Sequence record: OL631479.1
Source: Escherichia phage ECML-10
Length of the DNA: 64,000 nt
Reading direction: 5' to 3' (one strand)
Program-made: the position numbers and the translations under genes
Notes under the pieces: generated by a model
Database searches by the model: none
The model's input: the letters and a program-made list of their open reading frames with translations, nothing else
Told to the model about the DNA's origin: nothing
Part shown: piece by piece, positions 46,500-54,456 of the stretch
Position numbering within the stretch: position 1 is the stretch's first letter
How the letters are laid out: every line of letters begins with the position of its first letter

Positions 46500-46958
46500 T
46501 CAACACTTTTTGTACTCCACCACGATAATATTCATATCAAAAGTGGCAAGGTTAATAACGTCCTCTACGTGCTCCCACTTCAAACCGCCTATGCCGCACC
46601 CGATCTTAGGGATGTAGAATGGTAAAGTCGATCCACTGAATACCTCATTGACTAGCTCAAAGCCTTTCAGGATTGAGAAATATTCAGCATTAGGCCCTGG
46701 GTAGAACTGAGTATACAGATTGATTCCGTAGACAATACCTCTCGGAGATAAGTGCTCCCATCGGGAGAACGCACCCAGTTTACTTAGGCAACCATATCTA
46801 GTCTCTTTGTCAGCTGCCAATGCTTGAGGGAACTCACGGGAAATCTGTTTTGCTATCCCCTTGCCCATTGTGTGGAAGCAGTTACAACCGTGGATCAGGT
46901 GACCAGCACCGCTCTTAAAAAGGGAGATTAAATCTCCCTCTACAGTATCAATAATCAC
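46500..46958 (-). CDS. macrodomain protein, DarG/TARG1-type (putative ADP-ribosyl hydrolase)
   Basis: GTG start overlapping upstream stop gives MIIDTVEGDL...; motifs HGCNCFHTMGKGIAKQISREFP and PKIGCGIGGLKWEHVED closely match recalled DarG macrodomain segments. Confidence 0.7.
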   Translation of the reverse strand: MIIDTVEGDLISLFKSGAGHLIHGCNCFHTMGKGIAKQISREFPQALAADKETRYGCLSKLGAFSRWEHLSPRGIVYGINLYTQFYPGPNAEYFSILKGFELVNEVFSGSTLPFYIPKIGCGIGGLKWEHVEDVINLATFDMNIIVVEYKKC

Positions 46959-47373
46959 GGTATGCCAGCTCCTCTTCCGCAATTTCAAAAAACTCAGTCC
47001 AGCACTGTGGCATATTGGAGTTACCGAAGTGGCTTTCATAGTAAAGGTTCTCACCACTTGGAAGATAGAAATCTGTTACCTCATAGAATCCACAATCGTC
47101 GCACTCGCCTTCTTCAAACTTAGCCTCAACCTTAATACCGAGGAAGGTGAAAAGTTTATGGATATCTTCAGTTTCGAACTCCCAGTGAATGTTGTTTTCC
47201 GCATCGGTGTAGAACTGGATCAGCAGACCATTGTCCAGTTTACCAAAATACTCTGTGAAGTAACTTCCTTCCCAGAAATCTTTATGACAAATAATATCCA
47301 TGCGTTTGCCCATAATAATGGTGTGAGCGTTTTGGGCATCGTCACGAATCAGTTTTGGCATTTCATAGATCAT
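46948..47373 (-). CDS. hypothetical acidic protein
   Basis: CCGGAGAACTAAG RBS; 141 aa. Confidence 0.45.
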   Translation of the reverse strand: MIYEMPKLIRDDAQNAHTIIMGKRMDIICHKDFWEGSYFTEYFGKLDNGLLIQFYTDAENNIHWEFETEDIHKLFTFLGIKVEAKFEEGECDDCGFYEVTDFYLPSGENLYYESHFGNSNMPQCWTEFFEIAEEELAYRDY

Positions 47374-47441
47374 CTTAGTTCTCCGGGTTCAACAGGTGGT
47401 GGTGCTACAGGAAGATCATAAAACATGGCTATCACAGTCTC

Positions 47442-47639
47442 TTACACAGGAATTGCTTCAAATAGACCGTTATCTATACCGTCCTTCAGATAGAGATTAT
47501 ATTCTATGTCGGTATCTGTATAAAGGGCAGCATCCAGCATTCTATCCGTGAGTCCATCCATCGGGTGGAGAAACCACCACCCACGCCAGTCAAAGTAACA
47601 GCCTGGTGCATCTTCTCTTACACGGATTCGATAAATCAT
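47442..47639 (-). CDS. hypothetical protein
   Basis: ACAGGAGG RBS; 65 aa. Confidence 0.45.
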   Translation of the reverse strand: MIYRIRVREDAPGCYFDWRGWWFLHPMDGLTDRMLDAALYTDTDIEYNLYLKDGIDNGLFEAIPV

Positions 47640-47735
47640 GGGCAGTGGCCTCCTGTTAGCTATACATCCCAGTTTTCTTCGTTCATCACGTCCTCCCGTT
47701 CTATGAAGTTATAATTGCACACCTTTCAACCTGTG

Positions 47736-48152
47736 TCAACAGAAAACTTCAACAAATTCTTCCACAGTTTTAATGTCGTGGGAAAAAGGTTTACGGCTAT
47801 AGCGGGCAATAGCACTATCAACCACCGCCCGGTACTCCAAATCTTCAGAATATTTCATGAAGCATTGCAGCGTCTCTGGGCAGATAGCTAAATAGCTCCA
47901 CCACCCCTCTTCAGATTGGTAGTCGAATCCCATACTCTCCAACCATGAAGCATATACTCCTGCACCCTCTAGCCAGTGGGTATTTTCATCAAGAAATTTA
48001 TTCACCGACATGTGTGCTTCCAGGCACTCGTCAAGCTCTTTTCCGTTAACCAGCCATGCACTGACTGTGGCGCATCCGAGGTCTACAGATTGAGTTGGCA
48101 GGTTGTATTGGTCATAGTTCTCAGGTTTAACAATGATATCTTCTAATGTCAT
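47736..48152 (-). CDS. hypothetical acidic protein
   Basis: GGAGATCTGAAAA RBS; 138 aa. Confidence 0.45.
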   Translation of the reverse strand: MTLEDIIVKPENYDQYNLPTQSVDLGCATVSAWLVNGKELDECLEAHMSVNKFLDENTHWLEGAGVYASWLESMGFDYQSEEGWWSYLAICPETLQCFMKYSEDLEYRAVVDSAIARYSRKPFSHDIKTVEEFVEVFC

Positions 48153-48214
48153 TTTTCAGATCTCCTTATACAAAAATGCCCCACCCTTTCGGGCAGGGCT
48201 ATGTTAGTTAGGTG

Positions 48215-48838
48215 CTAAAAGTATTCATAGAGGTATCCATCTGGGGCTGGAATTTTTTCATGAATGTAGTAATCAACACATATTCCGGTTTCTCTTCTGC
48301 AAGAATTGTGGGATACCCATTCTTTGAGAACGTTGCCATTCATGTCCAGCCTCCTTACATTTTTACACCGTCTACCGCTGGTGCTTCTATGCAACAGAAT
48401 ATCCTCTGTCTGCTTGTCTTTATTTTCTCCCCAAGTCGTTAAACGGATATTATCAAAAGAGTACCCTTTGAAATCATCTATCCTGTCACAAGAAGGCTTT
48501 TTCCTTTTGTCGTATCCGCTGGCTACCCACTGGTCATACAACTCTTTGTAACCGTTTAGGTATAGCCACTCCTTAAACTCTTTTTTGGTGTAAGTCGGAG
48601 GTGGGTGACCTCTCTTCTTACTGTTGCACTTTTGAGTCTTGTACAACACGCGGATCACACCTTTTTCTGAAGAGTCGTGGGAAAATTGGTCAGCCTCCCT
48701 GCTGGCCTTCTTGCAACACTCTTTGCACTTATTAAGATGACCGTCAGACATCTTTGGGTGTTTGTAGAACTCGGAGAGGTTTTTCACCTCTCCGCACTTG
48801 ATGCACCTCTTACAATGCGTGGATTCTACTTTTGCCAT
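48215..48838 (-). CDS. zinc-finger protein, possible nuclease or DNA-binding protein
   Basis: start at [16 protein letters not shown] after GGTGGG; CxxC...CxxCC cluster; function not recognisable. Confidence 0.4.
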   Translation of the reverse strand: MAKVESTHCKRCIKCGEVKNLSEFYKHPKMSDGHLNKCKECCKKASREADQFSHDSSEKGVIRVLYKTQKCNSKKRGHPPPTYTKKEFKEWLYLNGYKELYDQWVASGYDKRKKPSCDRIDDFKGYSFDNIRLTTWGENKDKQTEDILLHRSTSGRRCKNVRRLDMNGNVLKEWVSHNSCRRETGICVDYYIHEKIPAPDGYLYEYF

Positions 48839-50081
48839 ATTGCAAACCCACCGGAGCGAAAGGTATGTCATCACAGAAGTCGTACTGTGCTGGATTCTGA
48901 TCCATCGGGTCATCTTCCTCATCATTTACAGGAGGGGCGTCTACAGTGTTTTGCTGTGGAGCTGCTTCCTGTTTGGCAGCCTGAGGTTCTTGATGGTCAG
49001 TTGACCCAGCACCGTTCTTGATCCAATCGTACAACGGCTCAGCCAGATTAGTCAAGACATCTTTTGCTTCTACAGTAATTGCCGCTGCAAAATCATCAAC
49101 TTTCGTTTTCTTGTCAATACGGCGACAAGCGTTCAACACTGCATTACCGACACTGGCACCTACTTCATCTTCAGTTCGGTTGGTGGCTTGAGCATACTCT
49201 TTCTTAAGCTCAATGGTGACTACGTGCAGTGTTTTAGCCACGCCCAGTGGGTCGTCTACCTTAAACCCGCGATCCAGGATGATCTGCAACGCATTGATGC
49301 TATGCCCCGTTTCCACACCGATAGGGTCGTAAGAGGATTTACGCTTGCCACCGGAGCCTTGAGTGCCGTTCTCTGCCTTAGGAGGATAGGCCTTGAAACC
49401 ACTGATAATGTTTCCAGTGTCTTTGTCAACAATGGCTGCAACACGACCACCTACCACCAGGTCTTTAAGCTGCTCATCAGTGACAACCATAGCACCTTCG
49501 CCAATCTTGTGGTCATTAACAGTAACCACGTTGCCAACAATCTGAGTCACATCACCATAGATGCGTAAAACGTCCTGATTGGCATTCTGCTGAGGTTTCT
49601 GCTTCTGGCCTTGTGATTGTGCACCTTGTTGCTGTTTTTGCTGCTGAGTCGCTGCTGGAGCCTCTCCTGCACCCAGCTTGACCATCTTAGCCAGTGAGCC
49701 TTTGTAATAGGTCTTACCGTTATGCTCGTTTGCCTTCAAAGGGATATTTACGATCCATCCTGGCGTTACGGTTTCCCACTTGTCATCAATCTTAACAGAG
49801 ACAGAGTCTTGATGCCCCGGTTTAAGCAGCTTATCACCCATGCTGATCCAGACTTCTTCACCGCCTTGAAGCAGGTTATCAGAGGAATCCAGTTCAGAAA
49901 TCAGTAAAGAGATAGTGTGGCTGGATTCAATTTTCTTACCTTGCCACACGGTGGTTTTAATACCTGTTGCAGGATCAGCCCCTTTAATAGGTTTAATGCT
50001 AACACGCTTGATCATGCCGTGAGCCAGTAAAACAGTTTCACGCGGATTCATCGGGTTAGCGAATTGTTGAATAACGCTCAT
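48810..50081 (-). CDS. putative ssDNA-binding protein (SSB-like acidic tail)
   Basis: AAGGAGA RBS; Gln-rich linker; acidic C-terminal region ...[23 protein letters not shown] resembling the bacterial SSB DDDIPF tip, followed by a 15-aa extension. Confidence 0.45.
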   Translation of the reverse strand: MSVIQQFANPMNPRETVLLAHGMIKRVSIKPIKGADPATGIKTTVWQGKKIESSHTISLLISELDSSDNLLQGGEEVWISMGDKLLKPGHQDSVSVKIDDKWETVTPGWIVNIPLKANEHNGKTYYKGSLAKMVKLGAGEAPAATQQQKQQQGAQSQGQKQKPQQNANQDVLRIYGDVTQIVGNVVTVNDHKIGEGAMVVTDEQLKDLVVGGRVAAIVDKDTGNIISGFKAYPPKAENGTQGSGGKRKSSYDPIGVETGHSINALQIILDRGFKVDDPLGVAKTLHVVTIELKKEYAQATNRTEDEVGASVGNAVLNACRRIDKKTKVDDFAAAITVEAKDVLTNLAEPLYDWIKNGAGSTDHQEPQAAKQEAAPQQNTVDAPPVNDEEDDPMDQNPAQYDFCDDIPFAPVGLQYGKSRIHAL

Positions 50082-50446
50082 TATTTGTCTCCTTGTTCTT
50101 CGTTAGTGTTTGCCGTGTGTGCAAACCCTGCTTGAATTAATTTGTCCTGAACTTGAGCCAACAGGCCCATTGCAAAACTTGTGGTCCCAGAGAGGGCCAT
50201 CAACATATCTCGTTGTTGAGCTACCCAACCTAAGGCATAGTCCAAACGACGATATTTTTCTTCTTCACGCAGAGCCTGAAATAATTGTTCAGCCTCCGGT
50301 TGTTGTGTGAGCTCCTGAAGTCTTCCCATGAAAGAAGAAAGCACTAGCAAAAGAGACACTTGATCTTTACTTAACCCTAAGAAAAATTCTTGAGGTTGTT
50401 CTTGCTCGTTCATCGCAACCGACTCTTGATCGTTCATTTGTTCCAT
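50081..50446 (-). CDS. hypothetical protein
   Basis: GGAGATTCCATA RBS; 121 aa. Confidence 0.45.
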   Translation of the reverse strand: MEQMNDQESVAMNEQEQPQEFFLGLSKDQVSLLLVLSSFMGRLQELTQQPEAEQLFQALREEEKYRRLDYALGWVAQQRDMLMALSGTTSFAMGLLAQVQDKLIQAGFAHTANTNEEQGDK

Positions 50447-50529
50447 TATGGAATCTCCGATTTTATTTGAACAACATAGAAGGAGACACTATTTTAGCAT
50501 CCCCTTCTGTAAATTACAATAGGTATTTG

Positions 50530-50775
50530 TTAGCCAATCACTTCGAAAGTTCCCCAATTCCCGTCCAGCAGGCAGGTGATCGGATCCCCATCGTCGTCAA
50601 AGATTTCAAAGTTTTCAGCATCCAGGATGTGGCCCTCGAACACAATACTTTCGTCGCCACCACCAGAGATAACAGCGTATTCCTTACCTTGTGTCAAGTT
50701 TTGACACCCTTTGCCACCAAAACCTACTTCAACACAACGTACTTTCTGTCCTGCGCGAGCAACTACTTCAGCCAT
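50530..50775 (-). CDS. hypothetical protein
   Basis: CAGGAGACC RBS; 81 aa. Confidence 0.45.
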   Translation of the reverse strand: MAEVVARAGQKVRCVEVGFGGKGCQNLTQGKEYAVISGGGDESIVFEGHILDAENFEIFDDDGDPITCLLDGNWGTFEVIG

Positions 50776-50792
50776 CTTAAGGTCTCCTGATA

Positions 50793-51095
50793 TTAATCGT
50801 CAAGTTCAAAATAGATTTTAACAGCTTCATCAAAGATTGGAATCCCGATGTTGTTGATAAGCTGCCAAACTACCATATCTTTACCGGGGTCTGGGAGAAT
50901 GTCAACCTTTCTCCATGCGCTGTATATCCAGTTCGGACCACCTTCTGCACTAACTGGCAGATTTTCACCAGCCTCCTGCAGATACTTATACAGCAAAAGA
51001 TATTCTGGATACTCTAGAACACTGTCCTCTGTAGTGTATAGCAGTTCACGGTATACTTTTAAGAACCCTGCGGGGGTGATGTTTTCAGTCTTCAT
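50793..51095 (-). CDS. hypothetical protein
   Basis: start at MKTENITP after AGGAGAGG. Confidence 0.45.
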   Translation of the reverse strand: MKTENITPAGFLKVYRELLYTTEDSVLEYPEYLLLYKYLQEAGENLPVSAEGGPNWIYSAWRKVDILPDPGKDMVVWQLINNIGIPIFDEAVKIYFELDD

Positions 51096-51477
51096 TTGCT
51101 GCCTCTCCTGCATTCATCAGATCTGCCATAGCGTCACCAACGAAGAGAACAACCACATCGTTGACAGCGTCAGTATCATCTTTGTTGACGTTGCTGAATT
51201 TAGGACACACAGCAATGATCATATAGACACCGTTACCCACCTGAACTGTCCGTGTGGTGCACATCATGGCGGTATTTGTGCCTTCTTTGAAGGCGAAGCC
51301 TTGAAGACGCTCCTCTAAAGTGTTACCGGTAGATTTCAGAAGCGCCAGCTCGTCCAAGGCATAGATGATATCTCCGGAAGTTAGTGTTGCCTTGCCATCA
51401 GACACCATAATCACTCCATCAGCACCGTCAAGCTTAGAGGCTTCAAAGATATCAATATCCCAAATATTTTTCATCAC
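51085..51477 (-). CDS. hypothetical protein
   Basis: GAGGAAG RBS; 130 aa. Confidence 0.45.
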   Translation of the reverse strand: MMKNIWDIDIFEASKLDGADGVIMVSDGKATLTSGDIIYALDELALLKSTGNTLEERLQGFAFKEGTNTAMMCTTRTVQVGNGVYMIIAVCPKFSNVNKDDTDAVNDVVVLFVGDAMADLMNAGEAANED

Positions 51478-51734
51478 GCTTCCTCGTCGTCTAAGGAGTT
51501 GAAGATTTCACCGAAGTATTCTAAGACTTCTAGCTCCCGTGTGGTGCAGAAAACACAGTCACCGTTGTCATCCTCGATAACGGCCTCTTTACCCAGCACA
51601 TCTACTTCAAGTTTATCGTTCAACAGGACAGCCCCTGTGTAAACTTTGTCGGCTGTGCAGTCCCGAAAAGCAGAGTCCTTCTCCAGATAGTCTGGCTTAA
51701 CCTTGGCTTTAATTCGTTGATATTGTTTGGTCAT
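51474..51734 (-). CDS. small Cys-containing protein, paralog of 51798-52052
   Basis: start at MTKQYQ after AAAGGGGA; KPDYLEKDSAFRDCTADKVY / DDNGDCVFCTTRELEV mirrors the neighbour. Confidence 0.45.
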   Translation of the reverse strand: MTKQYQRIKAKVKPDYLEKDSAFRDCTADKVYTGAVLLNDKLEVDVLGKEAVIEDDNGDCVFCTTRELEVLEYFGEIFNSLDDEEA

Positions 51735-51797
51735 TACTGTGGTCCCCTTTCGTTTGGATAGGGCCATTATAATAGGTCCTATCACTGTTGTCAAGTA

Positions 51798-52052
51798 TTA
51801 ATGTTCAGGTTTTACAAAAACTACCTCGTTAACAGTGCACCAGACAGAGTCCCCTTCATCATCTTTAAAGGTAAGGCACTGTGCTGAGTTTTCCAGCTCA
51901 TCAATCTCTTCTTGTGATAAAGGAGCCCCTTCTTCCAGAAGGGCTTTTACCAAAGGGTTCTCACAAAACTCTGCTTCATAAATTGCACCGACTGTGCAAT
52001 CTTTAAAAGCTCGGTCATTTGCAACGCATTCTGGCTTCAAAGTAATTTTCAT
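51798..52052 (-). CDS. small Cys-containing protein, paralog of 51474-51734
   Basis: GAGGAGA RBS; KPECVANDRAFKDCTVGAIY / DDEGDSVWCTVNEVV. Confidence 0.45.
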   Translation of the reverse strand: MKITLKPECVANDRAFKDCTVGAIYEAEFCENPLVKALLEEGAPLSQEEIDELENSAQCLTFKDDEGDSVWCTVNEVVFVKPEH

Positions 52053-52128
52053 CTTGGCAGTCTCCTCAGTTATTTAAAAATCAACGCTCTGTTTGTGTGA
52101 AGCATCTTATATCTAATCTTACTTCTTG

Positions 52129-52500
52129 TCAATGGCTATTTTCAATCAGCCACGCAGGGTCGAGGTAAATTTGTTGGCGTGTTGCCCAATGACAAACTTC
52201 ATTGTACATCTGAATCTCTTTGTCTGTCAATTCACGAATAGGCTCATCTATACCCTCATTTTTGTGGTAATCCCAGTCGGCATCGATTTCCCACAGCCAT
52301 GACTTGTTGTCACCACGCTTACGCACACAAAAGTCACCCGGACGGCCTGCCAATGCATTTAAGAACTCGTTCTCCGCTCGCTCTTGGAGAATACTAAGGA
52401 GCAAAACGTTAGAACATGACCGTAGAATATGCTTCAGCTCACAATCATCAATCTCAACTTCAATACGTTGTTTGACTGTGTGGGTACCTTTTACTAACAT
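52129..52500 (-). CDS. hypothetical protein
   Basis: start at MLVKGTH after AGAGGAGG. Confidence 0.45.
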   Translation of the reverse strand: MLVKGTHTVKQRIEVEIDDCELKHILRSCSNVLLLSILQERAENEFLNALAGRPGDFCVRKRGDNKSWLWEIDADWDYHKNEGIDEPIRELTDKEIQMYNEVCHWATRQQIYLDPAWLIENSH

Positions 52501-52510
52501 CCTACCTCCT

Positions 52511-52705
52511 CTAAACGAACTCTGCAAGGGTTGTGTTGTTCACTGCACCGCAGTAAATGGAGTATCCCAGCCCATTAGAGTGCAGAAACCACGGCGTTCC
52601 GAAATTATCTTTCACGTAGACATCGCCGTTGCTTGTAAAGGGCCAATATTCTTCGCCAAGGGTAAAATACCTACTCATACCTTCAGCAAGATACTTTACT
52701 TTCAT
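52511..52705 (-). CDS. small protein, W-F/Y-L paralog family
   Basis: GAAGAGGACC RBS; GTPWFLHSNGLGYSIY. Confidence 0.45.
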   Translation of the reverse strand: MKVKYLAEGMSRYFTLGEEYWPFTSNGDVYVKDNFGTPWFLHSNGLGYSIYCGAVNNTTLAEFV

Positions 52706-52929
52706 AGGTCCTCTTCTACAGCTACAAACTTGGCAAGCAGGGTGGTTCCGTAGATATGATACTCACCGTTTGCCAGATGGGAGATAAACCAGGCAATCCC
52801 TTCCTCGTCTTTAATCATCTTGTTTGCACGATTTTTATCGTAATAAACCTCGTAGGTCTTTCCTTCTTTAAAGAATGACAGGTCTGTCATCTTTTCTTCT
52901 ACAAAAGTAGCTTTAACCAAAGTTGTCAT
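52702..52929 (-). CDS. small protein, W-F/Y-L paralog family
   Basis: AAGGAGA RBS; EGIAWFISHLANGEYHIY. Confidence 0.45.
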   Translation of the reverse strand: MTTLVKATFVEEKMTDLSFFKEGKTYEVYYDKNRANKMIKDEEGIAWFISHLANGEYHIYGTTLLAKFVAVEEDL

Positions 52930-53210
52930 TGATCGGTCTCCTTCTTGTTAAGTCTGAATACTGCAATAATAACATTCCCAAGGTGCAGTGTCAAATCATT
53001 TCCAAGATACCACAACATTCCACGGTCATCTTTGATGAAAGGGTAACAATCTGGTGCCTTCCAGACATTGTACACTTTCCCAACCTGAAAGAAATCAGGC
53101 CCTGTTGGGATTTTGGTACCAGGCCACACTTGAGATACCTGAACACACTCCACCTGCATAATAACAGGGATAGTCATAGATGTAAATGTTTTTGTTGGTT
53201 CTACTACCAT
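52926..53210 (-). CDS. small protein, W-F/Y-L paralog family
   Basis: start at MVVEPTK after AAGAGGAG; RGMLWYLGNDLTLHLGNV. Confidence 0.45.
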   Translation of the reverse strand: MVVEPTKTFTSMTIPVIMQVECVQVSQVWPGTKIPTGPDFFQVGKVYNVWKAPDCYPFIKDDRGMLWYLGNDLTLHLGNVIIAVFRLNKKETDQ

Positions 53211-53259
53211 AAAAGTCTCCTCTTTGCTCAACAACACTTCCATGTGTTGATAGTTTACA

Positions 53260-53613
53260 TTAGTGACAATCACCCCAATTACGACCACACAAGTATTCAC
53301 CTGTGATCTGGAACGGGACTCCCATCATTTTAGAAGCTTGCCAGAAGCAATGTACCACCATTTCGCCCACAGGACTCCAGATAAGTTCAAGCTTTCCGTC
53401 ATCGTTCAGGATAGGATCGTACACCGTGTTTCCGTCTCTGTCAACCACTTCGTTTCCGTTTTCATCCTTGCGTGCCTTTTTGTACTTATGACCGTCAAAC
53501 ACATGAAGTTTGGCCTCCTGCTCTGCCTTAAATGCTTCCAATTCTTCAATTGTGTCGAAGGTGTACACAGTCTTATACTTAGGCGTGTCAGGAACCTGAA
53601 GTTGGTACTCATC
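53260..53613 (-). CDS. family A DNA polymerase, exon 2 (C-terminal segment)
   Basis: begins DEYQLQV and ends GRNWGDCH, matching the recalled T7 gp5 C-terminus after the HDE motif (HDEIQV ... ends in CH). Confidence 0.7.
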   Translation of the reverse strand, partial: DEYQLQVPDTPKYKTVYTFDTIEELEAFKAEQEAKLHVFDGHKYKKARKDENGNEVVDRDGNTVYDPILNDDGKLELIWSPVGEMVVHCFWQASKMMGVPFQITGEYLCGRNWGDCH

Positions 53614-54456
53614 CATCTGTTCAGGTAGGTCGTTAAGCTACCCCGCACCATTACGTGCATAGCCATACAGTTTCCTGTATGGATCGGACTACCTCACTGC
53701 CTTGGTAACAAGGCACCTCCCATTTCGACCGCACTTGCTGGCCTACTCTACTCGCTTCTTCACACCAACCTGTGTTGGAGCTATGCTTTCGATAGTCTCT
53801 GAACGTTACTACCAGGTGTAGTTTTTAGAGATATGTTTCCACTGTCTTCTTTGCTTTATAGCCCTGACGGTCTCATAAGGATATCCAAGATCCCTAATCT
53901 CGCATTGTCGTAGACCACTCTGCAACAGTTCGCAAATCTCTATTACCTCATCTTCTGTCAGCACAGCGTTGGCATTATACTCACCAACTGGCCTTACTCT
54001 GAGGTCATTATCATAGGCGTGCTTGATATTTCCACCAGGGGTGGTCCATTCCAGGTTCCAGTATGCATTGTTGTACTTATTCCCATCCTTATGGTTCACC
54101 CATGTGAGCCTTTCAGGATCTGGGTTTGATACAAAGCATTCAGCAACCAGGTGGTGGACACCTTTTGTGCACTGCTTCCCCTCGATTAGCATGGTTACGC
54201 AAAGGTAACCTCTACCATTATCAAAACAAAACATTGTTGTATGATCACGTTTCGATAAAGGTATTGTTCCATCATCAAACACGGTATACCCGTGATAATC
54301 AGCTGTTCTAGCCATTTTAACTACACCCCTTTAGTCTTCGCTGCGGATTAGCATATTGAGCTTTTACCATACTCAGGTGTAAAAGTCAACTTAGCTTTCC
54401 CGTCAATTAAAGAGGTTATTCGACATAGATCACTCTATGAAGCCACAATGTTATTT
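53614..54456 (-). mobile_element. group I intron in the DNA polymerase gene carrying an HNH homing endonuclease ORF
   Basis: exon 1 ends ...IIYYH then K-stop, exon 2 starts DE: the insertion sits inside the HDE motif; exon 1 ends in U and intron ends in G on the coding strand; about 840 nt. Confidence 0.65.
53809..54315 (-). CDS. HNH homing endonuclease (intron-encoded)
   Basis: motifs GVHHLVAECF and WVNHKDGNKYNNAYWNLEW typical of the HNH family. Confidence 0.8.
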   Translation of the reverse strand: MARTADYHGYTVFDDGTIPLSKRDHTTMFCFDNGRGYLCVTMLIEGKQCTKGVHHLVAECFVSNPDPERLTWVNHKDGNKYNNAYWNLEWTTPGGNIKHAYDNDLRVRPVGEYNANAVLTEDEVIEICELLQSGLRQCEIRDLGYPYETVRAIKQRRQWKHISKNYTW

